From contig CAWIEK010000044.1 in the NCBI GenBank assembly GCA_963835065.1, positions 480,001-544,000 on the forward strand: a stretch of 64,000 nucleotides of DNA, given 5' to 3'. Each line of letters starts with the position of its first letter. The first letter of the stretch is position 1. Positions 29,937 through 40,206 of the stretch are shown here, in pieces. The position numbers and the translations under genes are program-made. Source of the DNA: an uncultured Chthonomonadaceae bacterium. GTDB taxonomy: Bacteria > Armatimonadota > Chthonomonadetes > Chthonomonadales > Chthonomonadaceae. The notes under the pieces are model-generated. The model made no database searches and was not told where the DNA came from. It was given only the letters and a program-made list of their open reading frames with translations.

Positions 29937-31364
29937 ATGCCCGATACCCGGCCCAATATCGTTTTGTTCGGCATTGATTCCCTGCTTGCCGACCATGTAA
30001 GTTCTTATGGCTATCCGCGCCTGACTACGCCGCACATTGACAAATTCGCGCAAGGCGGGACGCTGTTCGAGCGTACGTACAGCGCCCATATCCCGACGAC
30101 GAGCGCGTATTCTTCTATGCTGACCGGTATGGACTGCTTTACCACACAGGTTGTCGCGCTGCGGCATCGGGGCGGCCTGCGCCCTGAAGTTTCCACGCTG
30201 CCCGAAATCCTGCGTAACACGGGTTATAACACCACCTGCGTCGGCTTTACGGGCAATCCGGCCTCGCGGGGCTTTGACAAGTATCTGGACTATTTGGGCT
30301 GGGGAAGCTGGAACGAGGGCCGCAGTCCCAAAGCGCAGAACCTCAACGATGTGGCCCTGCCGGAACTGGATCGGCTTGTGGGTGAGCAGAAATCCGAGGG
30401 GAAACCGTTTTTTCTGTTCCTGCGCCACATGGACCCCCATGCGCCCTATCTGCCGCCCGCGCCTTACGAGCGCATGTTCTATCACGGGAACGAAACCGAC
30501 CCGGCCAACAAAAGCATGGAACCCGTGATGGCGTTCAAGCCGTTTCGGGACTTTTTCGCAAGCTGGATGCCGCCCGGAATTTCGGACAAAGATTACGTGA
30601 TTGCGCAGTACGACGGCGCGATTGCCTACATGGACGCCTGCATCCAATCCATTTTCACGGCTCTGGACGCGCATGGCATTGTGGATGAAACCATTGTTGT
30701 GCTGAACGGCGATCATGGCGAAACCCTGTACGACCATGAGTGCTGGTTCGACCATCACGGCATGTACGACAACACGCTCCACGTTCCTCTCATCATCCGC
30801 TATCCCGGCAAAGTTCCGGCAGGCAAGCGCGTTGCCGAATACAATCAGCACAAAGACCTTGTGCCGACTATTCTGGAACTGATCGGAATCAGCCCGGAAG
30901 ACATTTTTGGAGCCGGCACGGACATTGACTTCGACGGCAAGAGCCTGATGCCTCTTGTACGCGGCGAACAGGGCGAACGCGAAACCGAGTTTTATATCAC
31001 GGAATGTACGTGGATGCGCAAGCATGGCTGGCGCACCCCGGATTACAAACTCATCCTCGCGCTCGAACCCGATTTTCACTTCAAGCCCGCCGTAGAACTC
31101 TACGACCTGAAAGGCGATCCGCAGGAAAACAACAACATCGCGGAACAGCAGCCCGAAATCGTGGCCGACCTGCGCGCCCGCATGGAAGCGCATATCGCCA
31201 AACGCACTCAGGAAACCGACCTGCCCAACCCCATGCTGACGCAGGGCGACTGGCACGGCCACGAGGGCGTCGGCGCGTTCACCAGTTCGCAGCAAGCCTA
31301 CGACACCATGCACATCGGCGACCCCAATCAGGCGGCGAGTTTGCAGGCGAAGAGCAGGGAGTAG
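29937..31364 (+). CDS. Sulfatase-like hydrolase (alkaline phosphatase superfamily)
   Basis: RPNIVLFGID, DPHAPY, GDHGE, HVPLIIRYP, ELYDLKGDPQE; lacks the canonical C/SxPxR motif. Confidence 0.88.
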   Translation: MPDTRPNIVLFGIDSLLADHVSSYGYPRLTTPHIDKFAQGGTLFERTYSAHIPTTSAYSSMLTGMDCFTTQVVALRHRGGLRPEVSTLPEILRNTGYNTTCVGFTGNPASRGFDKYLDYLGWGSWNEGRSPKAQNLNDVALPELDRLVGEQKSEGKPFFLFLRHMDPHAPYLPPAPYERMFYHGNETDPANKSMEPVMAFKPFRDFFASWMPPGISDKDYVIAQYDGAIAYMDACIQSIFTALDAHGIVDETIVVLNGDHGETLYDHECWFDHHGMYDNTLHVPLIIRYPGKVPAGKRVAEYNQHKDLVPTILELIGISPEDIFGAGTDIDFDGKSLMPLVRGEQGERETEFYITECTWMRKHGWRTPDYKLILALEPDFHFKPAVELYDLKGDPQENNNIAEQQPEIVADLRARMEAHIAKRTQETDLPNPMLTQGDWHGHEGVGAFTSSQQAYDTMHIGDPNQAASLQAKSRE

Positions 31365-31478
31365 ACGGTAGACAGTAGACGGTAGACGGTAGAAATGCCT
31401 GTTGACTTAAAGCTGTACATGGCATGATAGCTTACAGGAACAAGTTCGTCTACTGTCTACTGTCTACCGTCTACCCTC
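31361..31478. repeat. Paired inverted heptamer repeats (GTAGACG/CGTCTAC)
   Basis: First unit contains the TAG stop of the sulfatase gene; inverse arm precedes the MscS gene. Confidence 0.85.
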
Positions 31479-31496
31479 TACCCTCCCGGAGTTTCC

Positions 31497-32336
31497 ATGT
31501 CCGACAAAGTGTTCACGCTTGCCTTTTGGATAGAGTTCTGGCACGAGACGGCCAAAGACATCATTCACGGCGCGATACGGATTATTGGTATCTTTATTGC
31601 GTATTTGGTGATACGCGCCTTGATGTACCGGCTGATTGATGGATTGCTGGCGCGGGTGATGGCGCATGATTCGCGTATCGGCCTGACGGCGGAGCGGGCG
31701 GGGCGGGTGCAGACGCTGCAAGGCTTGAGCAAAAGCGTGGTCGGGTACGCGCTGTTTTTCGTGCTTGGTATATTACTGCTCGGCGCGGTGGGCATTCCCA
31801 TTCTGCCGTTTATCACCTCGGCCAGCGTGGTGGGAATTGCCGTCGGTTTGGGCGCGCAAAAATTGTTTAAGGACGTGATTTCCGGCTTTTTCATCGTGGT
31901 GGACAACCTGTACGCGGTGGGCGAAACGGTCAACATCGGCGCGATTACGGGGGAAGTGCAGGAACTGGGGATGCGCGTTACGCGCCTGCTCGACAGCAAC
32001 GGCAAAATACACCTGATTTCCAACGGCGATATTGGCACGGTGACAAACCTGTCGCGCCACGCCATTCAAGACTTTATCGAAGTCAATGTCGCCGCCACTG
32101 CCGACCTGAACAAAGCGCTGGAGGTATCGAACAAGACCGGCGAAAAACTCTACGCGCTGCCCGACCACCACCTGAAGTCCGCCCCACAAGTACAGGGTAT
32201 CACGGCCTTCAGCGCCGCGTCCGTCACCGTCCGCGTCACCGTCTGTACGGAACCCGCCTACTTGATAGAGGAACAAATGCGCGTCCGCGTCGCCCTCCGG
32301 GACGCTTATCTTGCGGCGGAAATCCCTCTTGCATGA
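31497..32336 (+). CDS. Small-conductance mechanosensitive channel family protein
   Basis: GIAVGLGAQKLFKDVISGFF, GEVQELGMRVT, ISNG. Confidence 0.9.
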   Translation: MSDKVFTLAFWIEFWHETAKDIIHGAIRIIGIFIAYLVIRALMYRLIDGLLARVMAHDSRIGLTAERAGRVQTLQGLSKSVVGYALFFVLGILLLGAVGIPILPFITSASVVGIAVGLGAQKLFKDVISGFFIVVDNLYAVGETVNIGAITGEVQELGMRVTRLLDSNGKIHLISNGDIGTVTNLSRHAIQDFIEVNVAATADLNKALEVSNKTGEKLYALPDHHLKSAPQVQGITAFSAASVTVRVTVCTEPAYLIEEQMRVRVALRDAYLAAEIPLA

Positions 32337-32643
32337 GGAAAGAAAAGAAGAAGAGGAGAAAAGAAGAGGAGAACAGGAGAGTGGGAACCGCTAAACACAC
32401 GAAATAAACGAAAAGAAAATGCAAAAAGAACAAGAGGAAATAGACAGGATTAAGGGGATTAGAAGGATTAAACAGGATTGTGATTCGAGAATGAAAGCCT
32501 GCTTGTTTTGAATATGCGGCGGCATTTGTGGACTTGCCCCTGTTCTTTTTGTATTTTTTCGTTTATTTCGCGTATTTCGCGGTTCCCACTCTCCTGTTCT
32601 CCTGTTCTCCTCTTCTCCTCTTCTCCGTGTCCTCCGTGGTTTA
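32337..32643. repeat. Compound nested palindromic element between convergent genes
   Basis: GAGAACAGGAGAGTGGGAACCGCTAAACACACGAAATAAACGAAAA versus TTTTCGTTTATTTCGCGTATTTCGCGGTTCCCACTCTCCTGTTCTC; ends CTCCGTGTCCTCCGTGGTTTA. Confidence 0.8.
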
Positions 32644-33123
32644 CTTCTTTTCTCCCTGCGCGGTTTCTGGCGTGGAGGTGACGGGTTCCGGGTGGCCCTG
32701 GTGGCACATGTAGCAGGTGGCGCGTCCATTGAGCGATTTCTGATGCGCGTTGAGGTCGTTGACCACGCCGATCATCTGGCGCGCGACGGCTTTCATCGGA
32801 ACGTCGTCTTTGTCCCAGGCGTTATGCTCGGCGTTGACAACGTGGCAGAAGTCGCACTTCACATTCAGCGCGGCGTTGTACTCGTGCATTTTAGGGATCA
32901 ACTGCTCGGCAGGCAGGTTCTTCAGCACTTTGATGTTCTTGAACTTCTGCGCCGCCGTTGGCTTCGCGGGCGCAGCGTCGCGTTTTGCCTCCGGTTTCAC
33001 GTCCGGTTTTGTATCCGGCTTCTTGTCCTGCGCCACCGCCAGCGCTCCCAGCCCAATCACCGGCAACACCAGCAGCAGGCTGCCCCCCGCGATTTTCGAT
33101 TTTCGATTTTCGATTGCCATCAT
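32641..33123 (-). CDS. Exported diheme c-type cytochrome
   Basis: Signal peptide; CDFCH and CYMCH heme-binding motifs; AGGAGGAGG RBS. Confidence 0.85.
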   Translation of the reverse strand: MMAIENRKSKIAGGSLLLVLPVIGLGALAVAQDKKPDTKPDVKPEAKRDAAPAKPTAAQKFKNIKVLKNLPAEQLIPKMHEYNAALNVKCDFCHVVNAEHNAWDKDDVPMKAVARQMIGVVNDLNAHQKSLNGRATCYMCHQGHPEPVTSTPETAQGEKK

Positions 33124-33222
33124 GTTCCTCCTCCTGAAAGCCAAAGAGTGTTCTCTCCATTGCCCTCTCATCTAATCTCTAATCTCTAATATCTCTCCCT
33201 CCTCCCTTATCCCTTACCCTTC

Positions 33223-36200
33223 CTAATGTATATCCACTTCCAGCCTGTCCCCGGCGGTCAGGGTCAGGGGCGAATCGAAGGCCAACGTCACGAAACCTTC
33301 TTTGTCCAAAATGCTGCGCGCGCCGATGGGCTTTGTACCGACGCTGACGTGGGCGGTGAACTCGGAAGGCAGCGCGTTGTTGGCGCGGCGGGGTGGCCCC
33401 TGAACTCGCAGTGAGTTGAGCGTCAGTTCGGCGCGATTGCGCAACGCTTGGGGTGTGGGCGAAGCGACAAACCCGATCAGGCGATCCAGCCGAAACGTAG
33501 TGACGCCGCCATGCGCCGATGGACGATACTCCATGCGCCCCCAAAACGTCGGCGCAAACACGGGCGCGATGAAACTGCGCCATGTGCCCGGAATGTTAGG
33601 CGCAAGCGTCATGCGCCCCGCATTGAGGTCTAAGGCAAACCCTTGCAGCGCATACAGCCCGTTCCAGTCGGAAGCTGTTGCTAAAGTTGATAGTTGATAG
33701 TTGATAGTTGATGTGTTGCGGGCGTCGTCGAGGCGGTGCAGCAGGCTGACGCCAGCTTCGGGCTGATCCTGCCAGATATTTAGGATGGCGTCTGAGAGCA
33801 GGGACGCGGGTAACAGGCAGGCCGTCGCGGTTGGGCCGGGCGGGAAGGTTCCATCGGCGCGGATTTGCCGGGGCGGCAGCAGAGTAGTGGCGGGGGGAGA
33901 GTCGTTGCGCTGCTGGAGGCTTTGCGCCGCGCGCGCCAGATGCGCGGCGGGCAGCAAAGGCCCTAAATCCAGTTGGTACGCCAGCCATTGGCCCCACAGT
34001 TGATCCGTCGCGCAAATGTCGCCGGGCAGAACGGCGTGTTGGCGCTCGGAAGCCGTTTCGGGCGCGGCATTGTCGGCGTAAAATTCGCCGTTCCAGTACC
34101 GCGCTTCCAGCCGCGCGCTTCCCGTTTTGAAAGCATCCGCGCACTCTTGCGCCAATCCGTTGTCCCCTTCCATTGCCGCCAGAACCTGCCCCGCCCGCAT
34201 TGCGGCAAGCCACAGAGACAAGGATGAAGGATGAAGGATGAAGGATGAAGAGGATTGCCGATTGCCGATTGCACGATTGCACGATTGAGGTGCTTCTGTT
34301 CCCTGTTCCCTGTTCCCTGTTCCCTCCAATTCGTCCTTCATCCTTCCGCCTTCATCCTTGAGCGCGAGCAGGGCGCGGCGGAGGGTGGGGTAATGCTCTT
34401 TTAGAAAATCGGTGTCGCCTGTCCATAGCGCGAACTGCGTCCATTGCAGGACATACGCCGAAGTGGAATCGAGGGGCGATAGGGCGGGCGGGGCGGGGGT
34501 GGGAACAGGCGTTTGTGGCAATGAGACAGCCGGGGGTTGTCTTGGTGGCGTAAGCGGAGTTTTGGGAAGCCCGGGGGAACTTTTAGGGCGGGCATTGTCG
34601 GCGGGTTTGGATTGGGACGCGCTGCCGGTTTTTTGTACGCTCGTCGGGTTGGGGGCAAGCGTGGAAAGCAGCGTGTCCGCAGTTGGGATCAAGGGCGCGC
34701 GGGACGGTTTGGGCGGGCCGAGGCGGTTGGCCCAATCAGCGCTTGCGGGCGCGGCCACAAACCCGCGCTTGTCCTGCGTACCCGCAAGTTGATCCAGTTC
34801 CTGCGCGGCCAGGGAGGGAAACAGCGCCAGCAACAGCCCGTCCGCCGTTTGATGCGCCCGCGTTTCGTCGCGTTCGGTCTGCCGGTCGCTTTCCGAGGGA
34901 AGGGAAGTGGAGGCGAGGGGGGAGGCTTTGTCGTTCAAAACGGGTTTTGGGTTTTCAGCCCGCAAAGCCGCGTTGCCGCTTACAGGCATCAGAGCGGGGG
35001 ATGTATTTCCCGCTGTCAGGGGCGCGTTTGTGTTTCCTACCGTGCCCAAAAAGGCGAAGCGGCCATCGCGGGTATGAATGGTGTTGGCGGTCAGGGGCGC
35101 GGCGGCATTGATGATTCGGCGGGCTTCCCAGACAGGCAGATTGGAAAACGTCAGCCGCTTTTGCCACTCCTCCGTTAGTCCGTACAAACTGCGCCAATCC
35201 TCCAACAGCTGCCGGGCGGCATCCTGCGCGCCCGCAAACGGAACCTCATAGTAATGCCCCACATCCTCGCCTTGCGGCGTTTTCAGATGCTTGACGTACC
35301 AACTGACGGCAAAAGGTATTTCGGTTGCTTCGCCCGGTTTGAGCGTCAGGCGCACCGCGATCACGGCGGCGGGCCGCGACGCGCTCAGAGTCATGCCGGG
35401 CGCGGAATTGGGTACGCTGCCGTCCTGCGCGAACTGCGTCCACCAGGCGGGCTGCGTGGTTTGCGCATCCCACAGGGCGGCTGTGACCGTCGCTTGAGCG
35501 CGCGCGGGGTAGGCCAGCAGCGTCATTTCGGCCTCGGGATCATTGCCCGTAAACTTCGCGCCAAAAAAGCCTTCCTCACTCGGAATAATCGCCGCCGTTC
35601 CCTTACGGCTTTCCCCTGCGGGCAATAAACTCTCCCAGGAAAGCGCCACGCTGACTTCCATAATCGCCGCGCTTGGATTCTTCACGCGCATCACCATCGC
35701 CGCGCCGGGAAAAGAGGAGTTTTTCAGATCGAACGGAACCAGGGGTGAAAACGCAAGCAGGGAAACCGAAACCGGCAGCGCGGGATCGGGAAAGGTGAGA
35801 CGCGCTTGGGGAAACAGCCCGTCGTAATCCAGTGTTGCGATTGTCGGCAGGAAATACGCTTTATTGAGCGTCAACGCCCGCGCTGTTTTGCGCCCATTTA
35901 CCTGCGTCCAGACCGCGCCGAAGCAGCCGGGCGCGTCACTTCCGGGATGCAGCCAGTTGTTGGCAACGGTAGCGCGCGACACCGTGCCGTCGGTCAGCAG
36001 TTGAAACGTGCCGGCCCCGATGCCTCCCAATGGCACGCCGGAGTTCAGGCGTTGGGAGTGGATAATACCGGGGTTGAGGGTTGAGGGACTTTCGATTTTG
36101 GATTTTGGATTTTGGATTTTGGATTGTGTTTGTCCGGCTTTCGCTTTTTCCTGAGTTGCCTGGGGCCGGACAGGAGTTGCCGCGCTGCCAGGCAACGCGC

Positions 36201-36234
36201 AGGCGGTTAGGAGCATTGGGAGAACAGTCTTCAT
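33223..36234 (-). CDS. GH116 (GBA2-like) glycoside hydrolase family protein with in-frame repeat insertions
   Basis: Signal peptide; GVPLGGIGAG, YDGLFPQA, FSPLVPFDLKNSSFP, YWNGEFY, DQLWGQW. Confidence 0.75.
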   Translation of the reverse strand: MKTVLPMLLTACALPGSAATPVRPQATQEKAKAGQTQSKIQNPKSKIESPSTLNPGIIHSQRLNSGVPLGGIGAGTFQLLTDGTVSRATVANNWLHPGSDAPGCFGAVWTQVNGRKTARALTLNKAYFLPTIATLDYDGLFPQARLTFPDPALPVSVSLLAFSPLVPFDLKNSSFPGAAMVMRVKNPSAAIMEVSVALSWESLLPAGESRKGTAAIIPSEEGFFGAKFTGNDPEAEMTLLAYPARAQATVTAALWDAQTTQPAWWTQFAQDGSVPNSAPGMTLSASRPAAVIAVRLTLKPGEATEIPFAVSWYVKHLKTPQGEDVGHYYEVPFAGAQDAARQLLEDWRSLYGLTEEWQKRLTFSNLPVWEARRIINAAAPLTANTIHTRDGRFAFLGTVGNTNAPLTAGNTSPALMPVSGNAALRAENPKPVLNDKASPLASTSLPSESDRQTERDETRAHQTADGLLLALFPSLAAQELDQLAGTQDKRGFVAAPASADWANRLGPPKPSRAPLIPTADTLLSTLAPNPTSVQKTGSASQSKPADNARPKSSPGLPKTPLTPPRQPPAVSLPQTPVPTPAPPALSPLDSTSAYVLQWTQFALWTGDTDFLKEHYPTLRRALLALKDEGGRMKDELEGTGNREQGTEAPQSCNRAIGNRQSSSSFILHPSSLSLWLAAMRAGQVLAAMEGDNGLAQECADAFKTGSARLEARYWNGEFYADNAAPETASERQHAVLPGDICATDQLWGQWLAYQLDLGPLLPAAHLARAAQSLQQRNDSPPATTLLPPRQIRADGTFPPGPTATACLLPASLLSDAILNIWQDQPEAGVSLLHRLDDARNTSTINYQLSTLATASDWNGLYALQGFALDLNAGRMTLAPNIPGTWRSFIAPVFAPTFWGRMEYRPSAHGGVTTFRLDRLIGFVASPTPQALRNRAELTLNSLRVQGPPRRANNALPSEFTAHVSVGTKPIGARSILDKEGFVTLAFDSPLTLTAGDRLEVDIH

Positions 36235-36502
36235 GCGCTTCGCGCGCCTTAGAGCCTGAACATACCGGCCGCATTGTCCGAATACCGAATACCGAACACC
36301 GAACACCGGCATTTTCAGGACAGGATGAATGCGCAAATAAGCAGGCGTTCTGCGACTCGGCGGGTAAGCGATTGATGGAAAATAATGGTTGATTGGTTTC
36401 ACGCTTTGGTGTTCTCCTCCCGGCTTGCAGAATCCTGCCGGGAATTGAAAACGCCCATTCCAACGATTGAAAATCCCCGGCATCTTGCTCCGCAAATATA
36501 CG

Positions 36503-36530
36503 TACAGAAGCCTTTCCTCCTTGCCGACAA
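36503..36530 (+). promoter_or_regulatory. Possible sigma28 promoter for the fliK operon
   Basis: TACA-16 nt-GCCGACAA upstream of fliK; imperfect match. Confidence 0.3.
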
Positions 36531-36650
36531 TCAAAACGACAACCTTGTGATTGGTTTCGCGTTGCCGGGAAACGGCCAAAAGTCCGCGTCCTCCCAACAC
36601 CGAACACCGAACACCGAATACCCACTCCATCAGAAAGGAGGTAAACCCCT

Positions 36651-38996
36651 ATGGTATCATCCACTGCCCTGCTGCCCGCGCTTCCCGCCTGTGCAAGCCA
36701 GGACGGAAATTCACCTTCCAGCAGTCTTGATGTGGGCCGGGACCCGGAAAACGCGCTTTCTTTCGCATCCCGACTGGATCAGCGCCTGTCGCGGCCTGCG
36801 CCCTCCAATAACGCGAACCGGCCTCAATTGCGCCGGTCCGATACCCAACCGGCTGTGCAGGAAGCCTCGTCTGACGATGACAGTTCCACGTCACAGCCCG
36901 CGCAGACAGCCGATGCCGCGTCTGAGTCTACAAACGTGAATGCGGCAGACGACAACGCAGAGGGTAAGGACAAAGCGGATGCGGCAGAAAAGCCGACTGC
37001 CGCGCCAACACCCAATCTCACGCCAACGCCGCAGTCAACGTCGGACGCGCTTGCTTCACCGGCTTTTCTCGCCGCCGTTGCGAATGTGGTTCCGATTCCT
37101 GCTGTGCCCGTCGTTCCATCCGCGCAGCCGACAACTGCAACTGCCGTGACTGCTAATCTCGCGCCGATTGTGCCTGCCGTTGACAACAACGCTGCCGCCC
37201 AAATAAATAACGCGAACCCGGCACTAACAGCGCAGAGCGCGGCTAACACCGTACCCTCCGCGCCAACAATCCCCTCTATTATCCCCGCCGTTTCTATGGA
37301 CTCGCGCGTTCCTGTTTTCAATGGGACGCCGGGAGTAGACAACGCCGCTCCAATTCCCGCCCTTCTGCCTGCGGCGACAGCAAACGCCGCCGCTGCCGCG
37401 AGCCTCAACATTGCCACAACAGCGCCGCTTCCTCTGCCGTCCGGGACGAATGGGAACAGTGCCGCAACACTAGCGAACGCAGCGCCAAACAGCGCAGCGC
37501 CAAATAGCATTACGCCAGGTACGTCAGCCAGCACAACGTCAGCCGGCGCGGCATCTACACTTCAAACGGTCACAACTCCGTCGCAGAACAGCCCTGCGGT
37601 TGTGAACCCTGAGAACAGTTTAAGAGCAGCCCTCGGCGCGGCGGCTGACATGGCAACAATCGGCACGACGCTGCCGGTTCAAAATCCGCCGGCCAACAGT
37701 ACGCCGTCAGGAGTTACGACTTCCTCAGCCGTTGTAAATCCTGTTGGAACCGCGCGAACGGGCGTAACAGCAACACTGGAACCGCAGCCTGCCGAAACGG
37801 CGCTCCAGCCGGGAACCTCGGAACGAGCAAATACGCCAGCCGTCCTGCCTGCCAAACAGCATCTGGACGGCATCGAACGCCTGCTCACATTAAGCAACGC
37901 AAAATCAACACCGTCTCCGCTCGGCGTTGAACTCGGCGCGAAGGCAGACGCAAGCGCCGCCACTTTCGCCAACGGTGGGCAGAACGCTGCCGCCCTGCCG
38001 ACAAGCGCGAACACGGCGTTGGCAAATACGACGGCATTGAAACCGGGCGTTCCTGTACCCGCAAGCGCGCTGCCTTCGGGAACTTCCGCTTCCGCAACTC
38101 CCGCCTCCGCTGTGGGAACAACTGCGCCACAAACCGCAGTTCCAATCGTGACCGCTTCCACCGGGTTCGACGGGACGAGCAAGCCGAGCGCGATTGCAGC
38201 CGCGCTGCATGGATTGACCGGTACGTCCGAACAGGATCGCTTGTCGCCCTCTTCCTCTGCCGGCATCAATGGCGGCGGTATTGGAACGGCAGGCGAAAAT
38301 GCTGCTCTGCTCCATGCGCAGGCATCGGCGTTTGCGGGAGATGGTTCCGGGGAACAAGGGCAGGAGGAAGCGCAGCCGCAGTCCGAGGAGCAGAATTCCG
38401 CATCGGGAACCGGGACGGCAAATACGGCGGCTACGGGTGGGGCTTCTGCCTTCGCCCTCGCGCGCGCTCAGGACGATACTACCGTAACGGCGCAAGCGGC
38501 GACTTCCGCTTCGAGCAGCCAGGCGGAACGCGCGCATGTCGTGGAGCAAGTCACGCGCCACCTTGAAAGCATGCGCCTGACGAACGGGGGCGGCGAAATG
38601 CGCCTGCGCTTAAACCCGCATAATCTGGGCAGCGTACAGGTGACGATAACAACGCATCAGGATGGCGTGATCGCGCGCATCGCCGTTGAATCCGCCCAGG
38701 TGCAGCAAGCCATGGAACACGCGAAGGCGGATTTGCGCGCCAGCCTGGAAACGCGCGGCCTGCGCGTTCAATCGGTTGAAGTCACCGTCTCGCCCAGCCT
38801 GCAAGGCGACAATTCCGCCGCGTTTTCCGGGCAGCGCAACTGGCAGCCCGCCCAAACGCACGACAGCGCCCAATGGCAGCCCGGTGGCTATGGAAGGCGA
38901 CCCGCCCCGTCCGCCGAAGCCCTTCCTGCCGTTGCTTCCGCAGCCATCACACCACGCGCAAGCCTGTCCGACGCGCGATTGGATTGCCGCGTTTAG
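36651..38996 (+). CDS. fliK: Flagellar hook-length control protein
   Basis: AAGGAGGT RBS; long A/T/P/S-rich region; C-terminal LRLNPHNLGSVQV domain; precedes flgD. Confidence 0.88.
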   Translation: MVSSTALLPALPACASQDGNSPSSSLDVGRDPENALSFASRLDQRLSRPAPSNNANRPQLRRSDTQPAVQEASSDDDSSTSQPAQTADAASESTNVNAADDNAEGKDKADAAEKPTAAPTPNLTPTPQSTSDALASPAFLAAVANVVPIPAVPVVPSAQPTTATAVTANLAPIVPAVDNNAAAQINNANPALTAQSAANTVPSAPTIPSIIPAVSMDSRVPVFNGTPGVDNAAPIPALLPAATANAAAAASLNIATTAPLPLPSGTNGNSAATLANAAPNSAAPNSITPGTSASTTSAGAASTLQTVTTPSQNSPAVVNPENSLRAALGAAADMATIGTTLPVQNPPANSTPSGVTTSSAVVNPVGTARTGVTATLEPQPAETALQPGTSERANTPAVLPAKQHLDGIERLLTLSNAKSTPSPLGVELGAKADASAATFANGGQNAAALPTSANTALANTTALKPGVPVPASALPSGTSASATPASAVGTTAPQTAVPIVTASTGFDGTSKPSAIAAALHGLTGTSEQDRLSPSSSAGINGGGIGTAGENAALLHAQASAFAGDGSGEQGQEEAQPQSEEQNSASGTGTANTAATGGASAFALARAQDDTTVTAQAATSASSSQAERAHVVEQVTRHLESMRLTNGGGEMRLRLNPHNLGSVQVTITTHQDGVIARIAVESAQVQQAMEHAKADLRASLETRGLRVQSVEVTVSPSLQGDNSAAFSGQRNWQPAQTHDSAQWQPGGYGRRPAPSAEALPAVASAAITPRASLSDARLDCRV

Positions 38997-39121
38997 GGAA
39001 GATATTAGGCATTAGGCATTAGGCATTAGGGAAGAAGACCGAAGACACTAGGCAGAAGATACAAGCCGAATACCTGAATACCGAATACCAAACACCGAGT
39101 TTTCAGAAAGAACACGAACCC

Positions 39122-39538
39122 ATGTCCATCCATTCCATTGCTTCCACGCGGGATGCGAGTTCCGCTATTAACGGCGGTCTGTCCGCGCAGCAAACGCAAA
39201 ATGCCTTGAATCAGGCGGACTTTCTCAAGCTGATGACCACGCAATTGAGCAATCAAGACCCGACCAACCCGCAGGATCAATCGCAATTTTTGGCGCAGCT
39301 CGCCCAATTTTCCACCGTTCAGGGCGTGGATAACCTGCAAAACAGCCAAACCCAATCGCAGGCGGCGCAGTTGCTCGGCAAAACCGTTCATGGCTCCATC
39401 GTTCAGTCCGGTGTCAACCAGGACATTAGCGGGGCCGTCACGTCCGTGCGCTGGGATAGCGATGGCGTTCATCTCACTCTCGACGACGCCAATCATACGA
39501 CCATGCTGCTGAGTCAGGTGACTCAGGTAGACAAATAA
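39122..39538 (+). CDS. flgD: Flagellar hook capping protein
   Basis: FLKLMTTQLSNQDPTNP, AQLAQFS. Confidence 0.93.
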   Translation: MSIHSIASTRDASSAINGGLSAQQTQNALNQADFLKLMTTQLSNQDPTNPQDQSQFLAQLAQFSTVQGVDNLQNSQTQSQAAQLLGKTVHGSIVQSGVNQDISGAVTSVRWDSDGVHLTLDDANHTTMLLSQVTQVDK

Positions 39539-39573
39539 AATAGAGAACTAACCGGCAGATAAAGGTGGCTTGC

Positions 39574-40032
39574 ATGCCCGATCCAACACGCATCACAAAC
39601 GCGCTTATAACGCCGCAGACCAACCCCGTTGACTCGGCGGAACGCGCCACCCGTCCGCCGGAAACGGGCAAGCAGATAAATACAGTTCCCGGCGCTGCGT
39701 CTCCGTCATTTTCCGAATTACTGCGGACGCGGCAAGGGATTGCTTCCGGCGATTCGAGCCTGCCTGCTGCTGACGCGGGCGCAGTCCGCTTTTCCGCCCA
39801 TGCGCAGACTCGGCTTCAATCGCGCCAGATTGAAATGCAGCCCGGCCACATCGCCCGCCTGCAATCGGCAGTCGGACGCGCGGCGGCCAAAGGCAGCAAA
39901 GACGCGCTCGTTCTCATGGACGACATGGCGCTCGTCGTCAGCGTCAAAAATCGCACCGTCGTTACGGTGGTGGACAAAGACACTCTCAAGCAGAACGTGT
40001 TCACCAACATTGACAGCGCGGTAATCGCGTGA
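39574..40032 (+). CDS. Flagellar operon protein (TIGR02530-like)
   Basis: FSAHAQTRL, VSVKNRTVVT, NVFTNIDSAVI; lies between flgD and flgE. Confidence 0.88.
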   Translation: MPDPTRITNALITPQTNPVDSAERATRPPETGKQINTVPGAASPSFSELLRTRQGIASGDSSLPAADAGAVRFSAHAQTRLQSRQIEMQPGHIARLQSAVGRAAAKGSKDALVLMDDMALVVSVKNRTVVTVVDKDTLKQNVFTNIDSAVIA

Positions 40033-40137
40033 GTAGGGAGTAGGGAGTAGGAATTGATCCAAGTCTTTTTCTGCATACATAAACAAACGTAGCATTATAG
40101 GCTTTTCCTACTGCCTACTGCCTACTCCCTACTCTTC

Positions 40138-40206
40138 CAGGCTGGTCCGTACCTTTTCGGGATCGGGAGCCTGCCCCGCTTTCTCTGATTGACTGAGGAG
40201 AGGGCG
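40138..40206 (+). promoter_or_regulatory. Candidate structured cis-regulatory RNA upstream of flgE
   Basis: Two adjacent hairpins: CAGGCT...AGCCTG and CGCTTTCTCT-GATTGACTGA-GGAGAGGGCG. Confidence 0.4.

Noticed and set aside
32641..33123. Cytochrome as evidence of phototrophy
   Set aside because: Only two CxxCH motifs and no puf or bch genes nearby.
36235..36630. N-terminal extensions of ORF-track calls (GH116, DegT, flgE, aroB, ribD, gmhB, lhgO)
   Set aside because: They translate intergenic repeats; downstream starts with an RBS or family-typical N-termini fit better.
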